From a bacterium (GTDB lineage: Bacteria > Verrucomicrobiota > Kiritimatiellia > CAIKKV01 > CAIYGI01), in assembly GCA_025360745.1 (NCBI GenBank), contig JANYBP010000129.1, positions 28,126 to 92,125 on the forward strand: a stretch of 64,000 nucleotides of DNA. The letters run 5' to 3'. Positions 54,996-64,000 of the stretch are shown here, piece by piece (the stretch's first letter is position 1; each line of letters begins with the position of its first letter). The position numbers were made by a program, and so were the translations under genes. The notes under the pieces are model-generated. The model did no database searches. It worked only from the letters and a program-made list of their open reading frames with translations, and was not told the origin of the DNA.

Positions 54996-56918
54996 TTACT
55001 TTGGTGGCGGAGGCGGTAGAACTTTAGCGATTTCCTTTAAAAAATCAGAGTATACTTCAAGTCTTTGTTTTGCAACAATTGCCTGTCTAGCCGTAGCCTC
55101 AGATGGTGTATCTTGCGAAAGGACATCACTCCCTAGACCAAGGCTGAAGATCAACATCCCCATACCTTCAGCAGCGCCAAACGCGCCTATCTTAAATTTG
55201 TGTTCAAAGGAACTTCTTAGATACTGTTGGCATGCAGAACCATATCTTTTATCTGCACCGCCTGCAGCATTGGCTACTGCCCCAAGATTATAGTCTTTGA
55301 ATGTTCCTTCCAGATCTGCAACTTTCTGCAAAAGAGCTGCCGTTTGAACTATCTCGGCAATTTCAGTAGCAACGCCTTGAGGTGTTATTTTCGTATCATC
55401 GATCTGTATTGTTTTTCCTCTAAAAGTAACATTGTAAACTTTCAATCCTGTTGGATCAACAAAGTTGACGGGGTTATTTGCGCAAAAAACGTACTGGTTC
55501 AATCCGCCGGAGATACCGATTGGGTCATTGGAGAGCCATCTTCCACTGATGGGGTCATACCATCTGGCTCTAAAGAAATAAAGCCCCGTGCCCCACGAAT
55601 ACTCACGACCATGAAATAATAATCTATTTCCGATGGCGGATTGGACCAATGATTTTCCGCTACCGTCGAACACGCCTTCCAAGCGGCCGAATGCATCAAA
55701 CCGGTACTGCTCGACAAGATTCCCGTTCGTGTCCGCTATCCCGTGAACAGTTCCTTGCCGGTCAGTCAGGAAATAGTAAACCGTCGCCACCGAGTCGCTG
55801 TATGACACCAACGCCAGCGGACAGTCGAGTCCAGCGTAAATGTAGGCGCGCTGCAAACCGCCGGTCGAATCCACGTCTGCCACAAGGTTCTGGCCGTCCC
55901 ATACGTAATAGTTCGTGGTCGTGCCGTCGAACGTCCACGCTCTTCTTCCAAGAGCGTCATACCCGTGCTTTTCGGCCACCGCCCCGTTGGTTGCGAGTTG
56001 GGTCAATTGGTACTTCGAGTTCCACGTCAGATCAATTTTCCTGGAGTATTGCTGGCCCGTATACGTGATATTGGTTATGCATCCGGCGGTGTTGTACAAA
56101 TAGGCTCCATTCGTGACAACACTGATGAAAACCTGATTCGTGAGATAGGTTGTGTTTCCAGCGACGTCTCGAATTGCCGCCACTACCATTTGCGTGCCCA
56201 TACCGACCGAAAGGTTGTCCACCCAGAAGTTGGTGCCATCCACGGTCGGCGTGCGCGTCATCAAGTTGCTGACCCAGAGATAACCAAATCGCGAATTACT
56301 CTCAATGGCTTCGCTGGAAGTGCCATGAACATAGAGAGAGGCCGTGAGGTTCGTCTGGTTCACGCACCAACTTTGCAGGCGATTGTTGCCCGTCCCATAG
56401 GTGTAGGACAGGGAGAAATTGGTGGCCGTTTTGGATGTCCGGTTGCCTACCTCGTCGAGACTGTAACTCTGGTCGGTCATCAATTCCCCAAGTGCCGATG
56501 TGTGTTTTTCCCGAATCAATCTGTCGAGGTCGTCGTAGTCGTATTGAACCTGTTCGCCATTTTGGTATATGAGACTGGTTGCCATGCCCGCATTGTTGAG
56601 TCCGTAAAAGAAACTCCTCAACGTTTGGTTGGAACCGTTAACCCACGACAGGTCAGTCATATTGTCCATGTCGTCGTAGTTGTAGGAGACAATCATGCCG
56701 CTATTGGTACAAGTGATGGCGTTCAGGAATCCGTTGTTCGGGTTGTACGTAAAATTGAATGTCAGCGGCGCCGTCAGGGACTTGAGCGATGCGGTAATGG
56801 TAGAGACCCGGTCAGCTTCGTCAATTCCATAGTCCACACTGCCCGCAACGCTCGTCATATTCGAGACCTGTCCAGATAGGTACCATCCCGCTTGGAGCAA
56901 CACACACAGACGACACAA
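54996..56918 (-). CDS. RHS/YD-repeat protein, C-terminal portion with core-end motif and orphan toxin domain (frameshift-split from 56821..59259)
   Basis: YD repeats (YTYGTGNNRL, YDALGRR, YRFDAFGR). RHS core end YFFRARWYDPISGRWLSNDPIGISGGLNQYVFCANNPVNFVDPTGL. A 148-aa C-terminal domain follows. The track start is a TTG inside the overlap with the upstream ORF. Confidence 0.8.
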   Translation of the reverse strand: MCRLCVLLQAGWYLSGQVSNMTSVAGSVDYGIDEADRVSTITASLKSLTAPLTFNFTYNPNNGFLNAITCTNSGMIVSYNYDDMDNMTDLSWVNGSNQTLRSFFYGLNNAGMATSLIYQNGEQVQYDYDDLDRLIREKHTSALGELMTDQSYSLDEVGNRTSKTATNFSLSYTYGTGNNRLQSWCVNQTNLTASLYVHGTSSEAIESNSRFGYLWVSNLMTRTPTVDGTNFWVDNLSVGMGTQMVVAAIRDVAGNTTYLTNQVFISVVTNGAYLYNTAGCITNITYTGQQYSRKIDLTWNSKYQLTQLATNGAVAEKHGYDALGRRAWTFDGTTTNYYVWDGQNLVADVDSTGGLQRAYIYAGLDCPLALVSYSDSVATVYYFLTDRQGTVHGIADTNGNLVEQYRFDAFGRLEGVFDGSGKSLVQSAIGNRLLFHGREYSWGTGLYFFRARWYDPISGRWLSNDPIGISGGLNQYVFCANNPVNFVDPTGLKVYNVTFRGKTIQIDDTKITPQGVATEIAEIVQTAALLQKVADLEGTFKDYNLGAVANAAGGADKRYGSACQQYLRSSFEHKFKIGAFGAAEGMGMLIFSLGLGSDVLSQDTPSEATARQAIVAKQRLEVYSDFLKEIAKVLPPPPPK

Positions 56919-59259
56919 GGCGATTTGCGTAGTTGAAGGAGTTGGAAATTGTGCCTTGTTCGGTGGCCGCAGTGGTCATCAGGCCGTTCTTCAGGTAACC
57001 GAACGTGTTGGTCGAACCTGGGTATTTTTGTTGATAGAGCAGTCCATCCGCAGTGTAGGTATTTGTAATGAGTGTCCCGTCGAAACGGGTTACGCTTCGA
57101 ACATAGTCGCCGAGGAGGTAACTAATACTCATGGCCTGGCCTTCAAGATTCGTAACGGCAATGGGTCTGTTTTGAATATCAAGCGTGTAACGTTCAACGG
57201 TTCTGCCCTTGGCGTCGGTCAGGGAAAGAGTATTGAATTGCTGGTCGAAAGCAAACGAGGTGGTAAGGTTGGACGTGCCGTATTGCCGACTCACCGAGGC
57301 TAGTTTGCCGCTGGGTTTGTAAGTGTACCGGGTATATCGTCCGGAAGTGTCAATTCGGTTGGTAAGGTTGCCGCCTGCATCCCAACCGAACTGTTCAGTC
57401 ATGCCAACGATTGGATATGTGATTTGCAATGGTCGGCCCCGTTCGTCCCGGCTGATGGATATCACACGCGGAATCATGTTGGCAGGTTCGTTCGTGTCGA
57501 AATTAGAACTCGGCATGATGGTTTGGCTGAGATCACCGAGTTGCGTCCATGCATAGTTCACTGTGGGTCCAAGTTGCGGGATGGTTGATGTTTTATTCCC
57601 GTAGTCATCGAAAAGAAACCGCGTCCAGTGACCGTTGGCGTTGGTTACGCCGGTGAGCAGTCCGTTTGTCGTATAAGACAGAAGTGTGTCATACGAATTG
57701 GAAGCCGAATAAAAAAGTTTCGACCTGGTTGTGACCCCATTCGTGTAATCGAAGGCCATCCGATGCCCTTCAGGGTCGGTAACACTCGTGCAGACCTGCT
57801 GATTGGTGTCCCATGTGCGAGTCCATGCGTTGCTGGGCGTGGCATTCAGGGCTTGCATCATGTTGGTGACGTTGCGACAGGCGTCGAATTTTCTGACGGT
57901 TTTGTTGGATGCGGCGCCATCTGAGATGACGGACGAGACCGGGTTCCCCGACATGTCAAATACGGTCGAATGGTTTATTGTACCCGGACCGGCAATCCCC
58001 GTGACCCGGCCGAAAAATGGATCAAAATTGTAGACGATGGGTTGGTTTGTATTGCCTAGAGTGTATGTGATGGTAGACTGGCAGTAGGGTTGAGTGATGT
58101 AGCTGACAGTATGTTGATAGTAATTAGACGCCAAAACCATCGAAATTCCTTTCGATGTGACGAGTCCTTGGGCATTCGTCGCATACTTATAGGAATAGAC
58201 ATCGCCCACCTCATTCACGATTTGTGTCAGACTATGATTGGCCCAGTTGGTGGCGGAATCGTAAAGATAGGACACCGAAAAATTGGCGGTCGGAATTGTG
58301 CAAGTGACGTTAGTAAGTTCATCCTGTCCGTTGAAGTAGTAGTATACGTTGAAATTTGTGGAGGGTGTCTTCACCTGTGATATGAGGTTGTTGGTGTACA
58401 GAAAGAGCAATTCTTTCCCGTTATTGTGGCGCACGCCCGTAAGAAGTTGGTTGGGATAATTGTTACTGTATGTCAATGTGAGCGAGTTGCCCCAGAGGTC
58501 CGTCATAGTTTGGAGCATGCCATTTGTATTAAAAGCGAACACCGCAGAGTTAGGCATTGTTACCTGATATGTTCCGTCGGTAGACTGTTGGAGTATCCAC
58601 GGCGCTTCGAGGGGGCTCTGGTAAATGGAACCGGTTTTTTTAAACCAGTAACAACTCTTGTCGGGACTGAGAAGTAAGCCGTAGGTGTTGGTATTACCCG
58701 CCTCGACTAGGTTGGTACTTGTAACCCTCCAGTCGTAGGTGTGAGTCCAGCGTTGGCCCACGAGACTCTTGTAGTCAAGGGTACTGTTGTAAGTGCGGGT
58801 GAAATCAAGAGGGATGCCGGGACACGGGATGGATACATCTGTCTTGGAATAGGAAACGTTCCCATTCATGACGTTGATTGGGTCGATGCTATTGGCGTCT
58901 GGATCGTCCAGTGGTGAACCGTGAAGCGGAGCGTTGGTCCCATTGAAGGTGTATGGAACACCGGTGCATCTCCAACTCGTAAACGTCCTGTTCATGCCAG
59001 GAGGACATTCGTACCACCAATTATCCCACACTGGGGCGGCGGCAGTCCACTTATTAGAACATCCGGGAGCCAAAAGGGAAGACTGGCCATCCGTGAAGGG
59101 GCGGGTGTTGTCGTGTCCGCTTATATCCCATAGACCAACGTTAACGGTTTGCAACGAGTTATTGACGAAGTAAGCGGTGTAATCATCACTCCAACTGGAA
59201 CCGCAGAGGAAAAACAGGTTCGTCACCGAGAGTAGACCGACAAAGAATATTCGTTTCAT
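56821..59259 (-). CDS. RHS/YD-repeat protein, N-terminal portion (signal peptide + YD repeats)
   Basis: MKRIFFVGLLSVTNLFFLCGSS signal. DPINVMNGNVSYSKTDVSIPCPGIPLDFTRTYNS RHS entry motif. Many YD repeats. The frame ends at 56821 and overlaps the next RHS ORF by 98 nt. Confidence 0.8.
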   Translation of the reverse strand: MKRIFFVGLLSVTNLFFLCGSSWSDDYTAYFVNNSLQTVNVGLWDISGHDNTRPFTDGQSSLLAPGCSNKWTAAAPVWDNWWYECPPGMNRTFTSWRCTGVPYTFNGTNAPLHGSPLDDPDANSIDPINVMNGNVSYSKTDVSIPCPGIPLDFTRTYNSTLDYKSLVGQRWTHTYDWRVTSTNLVEAGNTNTYGLLLSPDKSCYWFKKTGSIYQSPLEAPWILQQSTDGTYQVTMPNSAVFAFNTNGMLQTMTDLWGNSLTLTYSNNYPNQLLTGVRHNNGKELLFLYTNNLISQVKTPSTNFNVYYYFNGQDELTNVTCTIPTANFSVSYLYDSATNWANHSLTQIVNEVGDVYSYKYATNAQGLVTSKGISMVLASNYYQHTVSYITQPYCQSTITYTLGNTNQPIVYNFDPFFGRVTGIAGPGTINHSTVFDMSGNPVSSVISDGAASNKTVRKFDACRNVTNMMQALNATPSNAWTRTWDTNQQVCTSVTDPEGHRMAFDYTNGVTTRSKLFYSASNSYDTLLSYTTNGLLTGVTNANGHWTRFLFDDYGNKTSTIPQLGPTVNYAWTQLGDLSQTIMPSSNFDTNEPANMIPRVISISRDERGRPLQITYPIVGMTEQFGWDAGGNLTNRIDTSGRYTRYTYKPSGKLASVSRQYGTSNLTTSFAFDQQFNTLSLTDAKGRTVERYTLDIQNRPIAVTNLEGQAMSISYLLGDYVRSVTRFDGTLITNTYTADGLLYQQKYPGSTNTFGYLKNGLMTTAATEQGTISNSFNYANRLVSSVCVAPSGMVPIWTGLEYDERCGQCGLWN

Positions 59260-59279
59260 GGGAGTTCCTATTGAAATGT

Positions 59280-60356
59280 TCACGGCATCCAAATCCAAGT
59301 GTAGTTGTTGGTAGGACAATCCATCGTTACTGTTGGTTTAGTTACGTCTGGGTTATTCGGATCGGTGCGTGAAGTCATGATTTCGTCGTAGTCGTTGAAC
59401 CCGTCTCCATCCGTGTCGCTATTTGTCGGTGAAGTCTTGGTAACATAGAGTTCTGTGGCATCCGATAGCCCGTCGCCGTCACCGTCTATGTCGGCATTGC
59501 CGAGCACGACAAACGTTCGGTCGATGGCGGGCGCATTGGTGTCTACCCAAGAGAAAGACAAGCCGTTTGTCGCGTCATCAAGCGTGGCACGCCAGCGCCA
59601 GAAGAGTGGGACGAGGTCATCGCTCACCAGTACGTCCAGGCGGTTCGTCCAGTCGGCGGGCAGGCCGATGGTCAATTCGACGCCGTTGCTGACCTTTTGC
59701 ACGCCAGCGATGATAAGGTTCGTGTAGGTGGCATCCAGTAGATTTTGCATGTTGTACAGGTTCTGCCTACCATCAAGTCGCGAGAACCCACCGCCCGTTG
59801 TATTCAGTTCGGCCTGCAATTCCGCCGCAGCGGCCGCGGCGGCCAAATCGTCCGCCGTCACGAGGTAGAGCGTTATTCCGACACGGGCAGGATCCTCCCA
59901 TCGCAGGTAGTCGTCATCGCTCCAGGCGGTGCGGTTCCAAGTCGAGTCATCTGTGTACGGTAAGGCGCCGAAAACGCTGCCATCCGCGTTGACGAAAACG
60001 ATGCTGTCGAGTCCGCGGACTTGGATGCAAGTCACGGGGTAGACGGTGCATCCGCTGCGGCCGACGCCGATCAGTCCATTGCGGAACGCCGTCGGAAAGT
60101 CACCCGGTGAAGCCAGCACCGGCGCGTCGACAGGGTGGATGAACTGGCAGAGGTCGTAAGGGTAGATCGGCTCAATCTGGGCGCGTTGGGCAAGAAATTC
60201 TTGCACCACGGCCGAGATGGAAGCAAGTGGGGCGCGGGTGGTATCTACTCCGAAATCGGTGGCGAACAGTTCCGGAGTTATTAGTAACGCGAGCACCAAA
60301 GTGAGACTTGCTGTGCGGGCGCGTTTACTTTTCTCATTACGTCGTCTTGCATGCAT
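59280..60356 (-). CDS. Secreted protein with thrombospondin type-3-like calcium-binding repeats
   Basis: Signal-like LTLVLALLITPELFA. The C-terminus has DIDGDGDGLSDATE and NSDTDGDGFNDYDE repeats. It ends 20 nt before the RHS start. I chose the start at MHARRR (60356); 60371 is also possible. Confidence 0.6.
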   Translation of the reverse strand: MHARRRNEKSKRARTASLTLVLALLITPELFATDFGVDTTRAPLASISAVVQEFLAQRAQIEPIYPYDLCQFIHPVDAPVLASPGDFPTAFRNGLIGVGRSGCTVYPVTCIQVRGLDSIVFVNADGSVFGALPYTDDSTWNRTAWSDDDYLRWEDPARVGITLYLVTADDLAAAAAAAELQAELNTTGGGFSRLDGRQNLYNMQNLLDATYTNLIIAGVQKVSNGVELTIGLPADWTNRLDVLVSDDLVPLFWRWRATLDDATNGLSFSWVDTNAPAIDRTFVVLGNADIDGDGDGLSDATELYVTKTSPTNSDTDGDGFNDYDEIMTSRTDPNNPDVTKPTVTMDCPTNNYTWIWMP

Positions 60357-60779
60357 GTGTGTTTCCTCCATCCCTCTTACAAACTGTATCCAAAAAAACA
60401 AGAGGCGCGGACACCTGCCCACGCTCTTTGGAGGGACTGGCATCCCTTAACTGGAACATGAAACAGGGCCGCGCCAGTCAGGCGCGTTCCCGCATGTTCG
60501 TTCCAGTATTAAACTTGCCAGTTTTCCAAAGAACGAATCTTGCGAATACGCAAAATTTATAGGTTTTGTGGCGTTTTCTAAATCGTTGGTTTCTCCCCGT
60601 TATACGTGACCTGCGCAAAGCGTGGTCACAACATCACGGAGTAAGAACCACATGCGCCGTGATTGCAAGTCTTTTTTAAAAGCAACTTTTTTGGCAAAAT
60701 GCCGGCTTTTTGCGCCCAATAATAATGCGATTCAAACGTAAGGGTTTACCGGAGATTATCAAGAATAGGGCGGCGCCGG

Positions 60780-63700
60780 TCAGAAAGCGTATTTGATCCC
60801 GCCCAAAACCGACAATTGATTGTAGTTGGGCACCCGGTCGTAACTGACCTCGCCGTTGAGTTCCCAGTGCTCGCCCAGTTTGAAGCGCGTCGAGGCGCTC
60901 AAGCCGAGCACCGGTTCCCAGTCCGTGGACGGCGCCCCCTGGGCCAGCAGATCGTCATATTCCTTTTGTAATTGCTGGTAGGTCGGATTGGTCCACTGGT
61001 TGCGCCGCGCATCGCCGATGGCCTTCTGCAAATCGGCCAGCGTTTTTCGATAAGCTTCATCGTCGCCGGGCCGCACCCCTTCTTTGCCGATCCCGAAGCG
61101 TGCCTGCAGATTGTAATAAACCCGCCGGTAATTGCCGCGCAATTGGGCTTCCACGAAAAAGCGGTTCAGCTTGTAAGGCGTCCAGTAGTCGAAGCTTTTC
61201 TCCGCCGCCGAGGAATATTGATAGTTCAATCCGGCATACAGGCCCGGCTGCGGCCAGAGCAGCCACTTGCTGCCCAGTCTGAAATGATCGCAGCGATTGT
61301 CGTCGGAATAGGCGTAATGCTGCACGCCGCCGTTCAGGTCCCACCAATCGAACAAGTTCCAGTTGGCCGACAGCGCGCCCATGTCGTAACTGGTGTCTTT
61401 CAGCACGCTGCGCGCCGATGGCGGCGCGTCATGCTCGAACTGGGCGGCCAGGTCCAGAGGCAGCAGCGGTTTGGTTTCCAACTCCGCGGCATAGCGCATC
61501 AGCGAGGTTTCGGCGTCGCCGGTGAAGGAACGCCGGGCAAGCTGTCCGGCCAGGCGCATGGGAAAAGGAAAGACGACGGAGGGGGCCAGGCCCAGAACCT
61601 GCTCGTTCAGCTTGACGGCGCCGGGCGGGAGGGCCTGGGCGGCGGTCTCCTGCTTGAGCTGGCCGATGCCGCCAAAGGCCTCGGCAATGACATTGGGCGT
61701 AAGATTCATTCCGGCGGCGCCCAGCAGGTGGTAATTCACGTTTTCGTAGACATCGTGAAAATAATCCGCGCGCGCGGCCAGATAGGGCTTGCCCAGATCG
61801 AGCTGGTAGGGTCCCTTGCGGATTTGATCGATGTTGTCGGGCGGACGACTGCGCCCCGCCAGTTGCTCATGCACGCTCTTTTCCAGCTTCTCGTGCAGGA
61901 CCGGCAGGTAGCCCGTTTGTTTCAATTCTTCCGTCAGTTCCCCGGCCTTTTGCCGCTTGCCGGCCTGCGCGGCGTATTGCGTCTGCATCCGCCGCGCCAG
62001 GAACACCGGATGGTATTCCATGACATGACGCAGCAGTTCGTCGGCTGAGATGGAGCGGTCCGGTTCGTACCGCTGATACAACAGCGGGTTGTCGCCGTGC
62101 ACCGCGTAGCCGAACTCGGTCTGGATGAAGCCGACGGCATAATTCGTGGCGGCGGCGGCGAGGTTGACAGCGACGGCATCCGGCACATCGCTGCGCGTCT
62201 CCTGTCCGATATCGCCCATCGGATAGGCCATGAAATTAACCGGCTGGCCAAATTGCCGTTCCATGATCTCCCGGCTGCCCCGGTATTCGTAGGCGATGCG
62301 CGTCCGGTATTCCGTCTCGGTTTCGAGGCGTTTTTCCTTGCCGATCCAGACGCGATTGGCCAGCGGATAAGCCGTGGCGCCCGCGCCATCCACCGGCACG
62401 AGGTCGCTGGCGTTCATCAAATGGCTGCCGTAGACCCAGGCGCCGTCGGCCAGATATCGATTCAGCAGTTCCCAGGAACCGAGGAAGTTGTCGCGCTCGA
62501 TATCGCCGACGGGAACATGCATGGACGCGGTCACTCCCTGTTCGCGCAGCACGGGCGTGCCGTAATAGAAGGTGTCGCGCCGGGCGTCGTCGAAAGTGAT
62601 GACGGCCACGAACTCCGGCGCGTTGGTCGCGCTGCGCCGCCGGTCCGCGAGATATGCCGGCAGTTCGCGGGCCGTGATAAAGCGGAAGCCCGCCTTTTTC
62701 AAAACCAGGAGATGCTCGCGCAGGAGGCGCGCGGGCATGATCTCCGAGAGTTCCGAATTGACGATGCCGTGATAGATGATGACCGCCGCCGCGCCCTGCG
62801 TCCCCGCCGCCTCGAGCAGCCGGGCCTCGCGATTGGCGCACTGCAGATCGCCTTGCGATTCCGCCAGTTGCGCCCGCCAGTAATGCAGGTAGGGATTTTG
62901 CGGATTGAAGCTCTCGATCGCCCGGAGCTGCTCCCGCGCCTTGCCGTAATCGTGTTGCGCGATATAAACCTGAAACAACCCGCCGTGGGCGCGCCGGTTG
63001 CGCGGATTATAATCGCGCAAAACCTTGAGATACTGCCGCTCGGCTTGTTCGAGTTGCAGGTTGCTGACCCAGAGATCGCCCAGCAGCATCATGGCGTCGG
63101 GATTGCCGGGCGTCTCCTTGAGGAAATCCTGCGTGACCACGATGGCCTCGTTCAGCGAGAAGCGCAGCGGCTCCGCCTTGTTCAAACGGATGTAAAGCGC
63201 CGCCAGCCGCATGCGGGTATGCTGCCGCGTCCAGGCATCCTCGCTGCTTTCGACGATGCGTTTCAAATACGGGATGGCGGTTTCGCTCTGTGCGCTGTAT
63301 TCGGAAATACACGCCAGCATTTGCAGCGCCGCCGGATTGTCGCGATCGGACGCCAGGACATTCTGCGCGCAGCGAATCGCGCCGGTGGCGGAACCTGTGT
63401 TCATCAAGATATCCGCCTCGGTCAGCAACATGCTCGCGCCGCTGTTGCGGGCGGCCGCCGGCAGTTCCCGCCACAGTTTCAGCGCTTCGTCGTAGCGGCC
63501 CTGGTCCACCATCACCAGCGCCAGTTGCAGCCGCGCGTCGTGGCGATCGTTGTCGTCCGCGAGAATTTTCCCGAATATCTCCCCGGCTTCCGCGCCGCGG
63601 TGCATGGCCCGCAGCACCAGGCCCAGCGCGAAACTGGTCTGGATATCGCCGGGGTTGAGCGACAAGCTCGCGCGAAACTCCTTTTCGGCGTCTTCGTAGC

Positions 63701-64000
63701 GCGTCTGGGCCAGCGCCAGGGAGCCCAGGAGCATGTGCGCACGCGCCACTTTGGGATCGACCTTCAATAACTGCTCCCACAGCCGGCGCGCTTCATTGGT
63801 GCGCCCGCTTTTCCAGTAGCTGCAGCCCAGCACTTCCCACGCGCCCAGCAGACCGGGATTGCTCTCGATCACCTTTTCCAAAGAACGGATCGCGACATCG
63901 TAATGCCCCTTGAGAAACTCATCCGTCGCCACATAATACTGTTGATCGGCCTTGAAACGGGCGAAAACCCCGTTGGTCGGCAAGCCGGACGGAGCCACCA
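60780..64000 (-). CDS. TPR + deacetylase-like + beta-barrel fusion protein, divergent paralog 3 (5' end beyond the window)
   Basis: Same architecture as 38158..41766: TPRs, VITFDDARRDT, MAYPMGDIGQ, NPLLYQRYEPDRS, and a C-terminal barrel ending GGIKYAF. The ORF is open to the window edge. Confidence 0.75.
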   Translation of the reverse strand, partial: VAPSGLPTNGVFARFKADQQYYVATDEFLKGHYDVAIRSLEKVIESNPGLLGAWEVLGCSYWKSGRTNEARRLWEQLLKVDPKVARAHMLLGSLALAQTRYEDAEKEFRASLSLNPGDIQTSFALGLVLRAMHRGAEAGEIFGKILADDNDRHDARLQLALVMVDQGRYDEALKLWRELPAAARNSGASMLLTEADILMNTGSATGAIRCAQNVLASDRDNPAALQMLACISEYSAQSETAIPYLKRIVESSEDAWTRQHTRMRLAALYIRLNKAEPLRFSLNEAIVVTQDFLKETPGNPDAMMLLGDLWVSNLQLEQAERQYLKVLRDYNPRNRRAHGGLFQVYIAQHDYGKAREQLRAIESFNPQNPYLHYWRAQLAESQGDLQCANREARLLEAAGTQGAAAVIIYHGIVNSELSEIMPARLLREHLLVLKKAGFRFITARELPAYLADRRRSATNAPEFVAVITFDDARRDTFYYGTPVLREQGVTASMHVPVGDIERDNFLGSWELLNRYLADGAWVYGSHLMNASDLVPVDGAGATAYPLANRVWIGKEKRLETETEYRTRIAYEYRGSREIMERQFGQPVNFMAYPMGDIGQETRSDVPDAVAVNLAAAATNYAVGFIQTEFGYAVHGDNPLLYQRYEPDRSISADELLRHVMEYHPVFLARRMQTQYAAQAGKRQKAGELTEELKQTGYLPVLHEKLEKSVHEQLAGRSRPPDNIDQIRKGPYQLDLGKPYLAARADYFHDVYENVNYHLLGAAGMNLTPNVIAEAFGGIGQLKQETAAQALPPGAVKLNEQVLGLAPSVVFPFPMRLAGQLARRSFTGDAETSLMRYAAELETKPLLPLDLAAQFEHDAPPSARSVLKDTSYDMGALSANWNLFDWWDLNGGVQHYAYSDDNRCDHFRLGSKWLLWPQPGLYAGLNYQYSSAAEKSFDYWTPYKLNRFFVEAQLRGNYRRVYYNLQARFGIGKEGVRPGDDEAYRKTLADLQKAIGDARRNQWTNPTYQQLQKEYDDLLAQGAPSTDWEPVLGLSASTRFKLGEHWELNGEVSYDRVPNYNQLSVLGGIKYAF

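Noticed and set aside
60444-60779. An AT-rich intergenic region with short inverted repeats (ctggaacatg...catgttcgttccag, gtgacc...ggtcac, atcacgg...ccgtgat), considered as a possible sRNA or terminators.
   Set aside because: The stems are short (5-10 bp) and lack a following T-tract on the relevant strand, and I recognise no conserved RNA family. The region is most simply the island's right junction and promoter region.

Overview
This is a high-GC bacterial chromosomal segment: sampled 60-nt lines in core genes hand-count to about 65-67% GC. I call about 50 protein genes and 4 tRNAs (Phe-GAA, Ser-UGA, Pro-GGG, Leu-UAG). There is no rRNA, no CRISPR array and no intact transposase or integrase. 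The taxon cannot be assigned from sequence alone. The gene content (DUF2950, YXWGXW/DUF6600, giant TPR proteins, TSP3 repeats) is reminiscent of PVC-type genomes, but that is only an impression.

Layout:
(1) 1-9.6 kb, minus strand. An ATGA-chained operon encodes an FHA protein, a GT2, a TolC-like protein and a HlyD-like protein, followed by a MacB/LolD-like ABC ATPase. A lower-GC HigB/HigA toxin-antitoxin pair sits between the adaptor and the ATPase. After that come a SufS-like cysteine desulfurase coupled to a PaaK/CapK-like adenylating enzyme.
(2) 9.8-17.4 kb. Envelope and housekeeping genes: YXWGXW protein, DUF2950, zinc-ribbon protein, tRNA-Phe, ArnT/PMT-like GT, pyrE, DUF192 and a LysM lipoprotein.
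(3) 17.4-33.8 kb. An accessory stretch bracketed by tRNA-Ser and tRNA-Pro, with both tRNA 3' ends pointing inward. It holds two paralogous HEAT + zinc-ribbon + PD-(D/E)XK-like proteins, a 1175-aa clan-SB peptidase with a P-domain, a P-loop gene scar, a SWIM zinc-finger protein and a 57-59 nt intergenic element present twice. It also holds the most interesting item in the window: a lower-GC, tightly coupled four-gene operon encoding a papain-like cysteine peptidase, two bacterial dynamin-like GTPases and a substrate-binding-domain-less Hsp70-like ATPase. A Deg/HtrA-like gene fragment and a PIN-like protein follow it.
(4) 33.9-36.3 kb. A tandem NDK-like protein, an aspartate aminotransferase-type enzyme and tRNA-Leu.
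(5) 36.4-64 kb. A large synthase-dependent exopolysaccharide locus. It has an MBOAT and an SGNH O-acetylation pair, a HasA/NodC-like GT2 synthase with an N-terminal zinc ribbon, and a 1322-aa membrane protein with deacetylase-like, TPR and LamG-like regions. It also has three paralogs of an unusual TPR + CE4 deacetylase + C-terminal beta-barrel fusion, and a response regulator / KaiC-like / ExeA-like / small membrane protein module. A ~6.2 kb low-GC RHS toxin island interrupts the locus. That island begins at an IS66-like terminal scar, and its RHS gene is split by a frameshift next to a (TG)n tract.

Many long ORFs in the supplied track are antisense shadows typical of high-GC DNA, and I rejected them.
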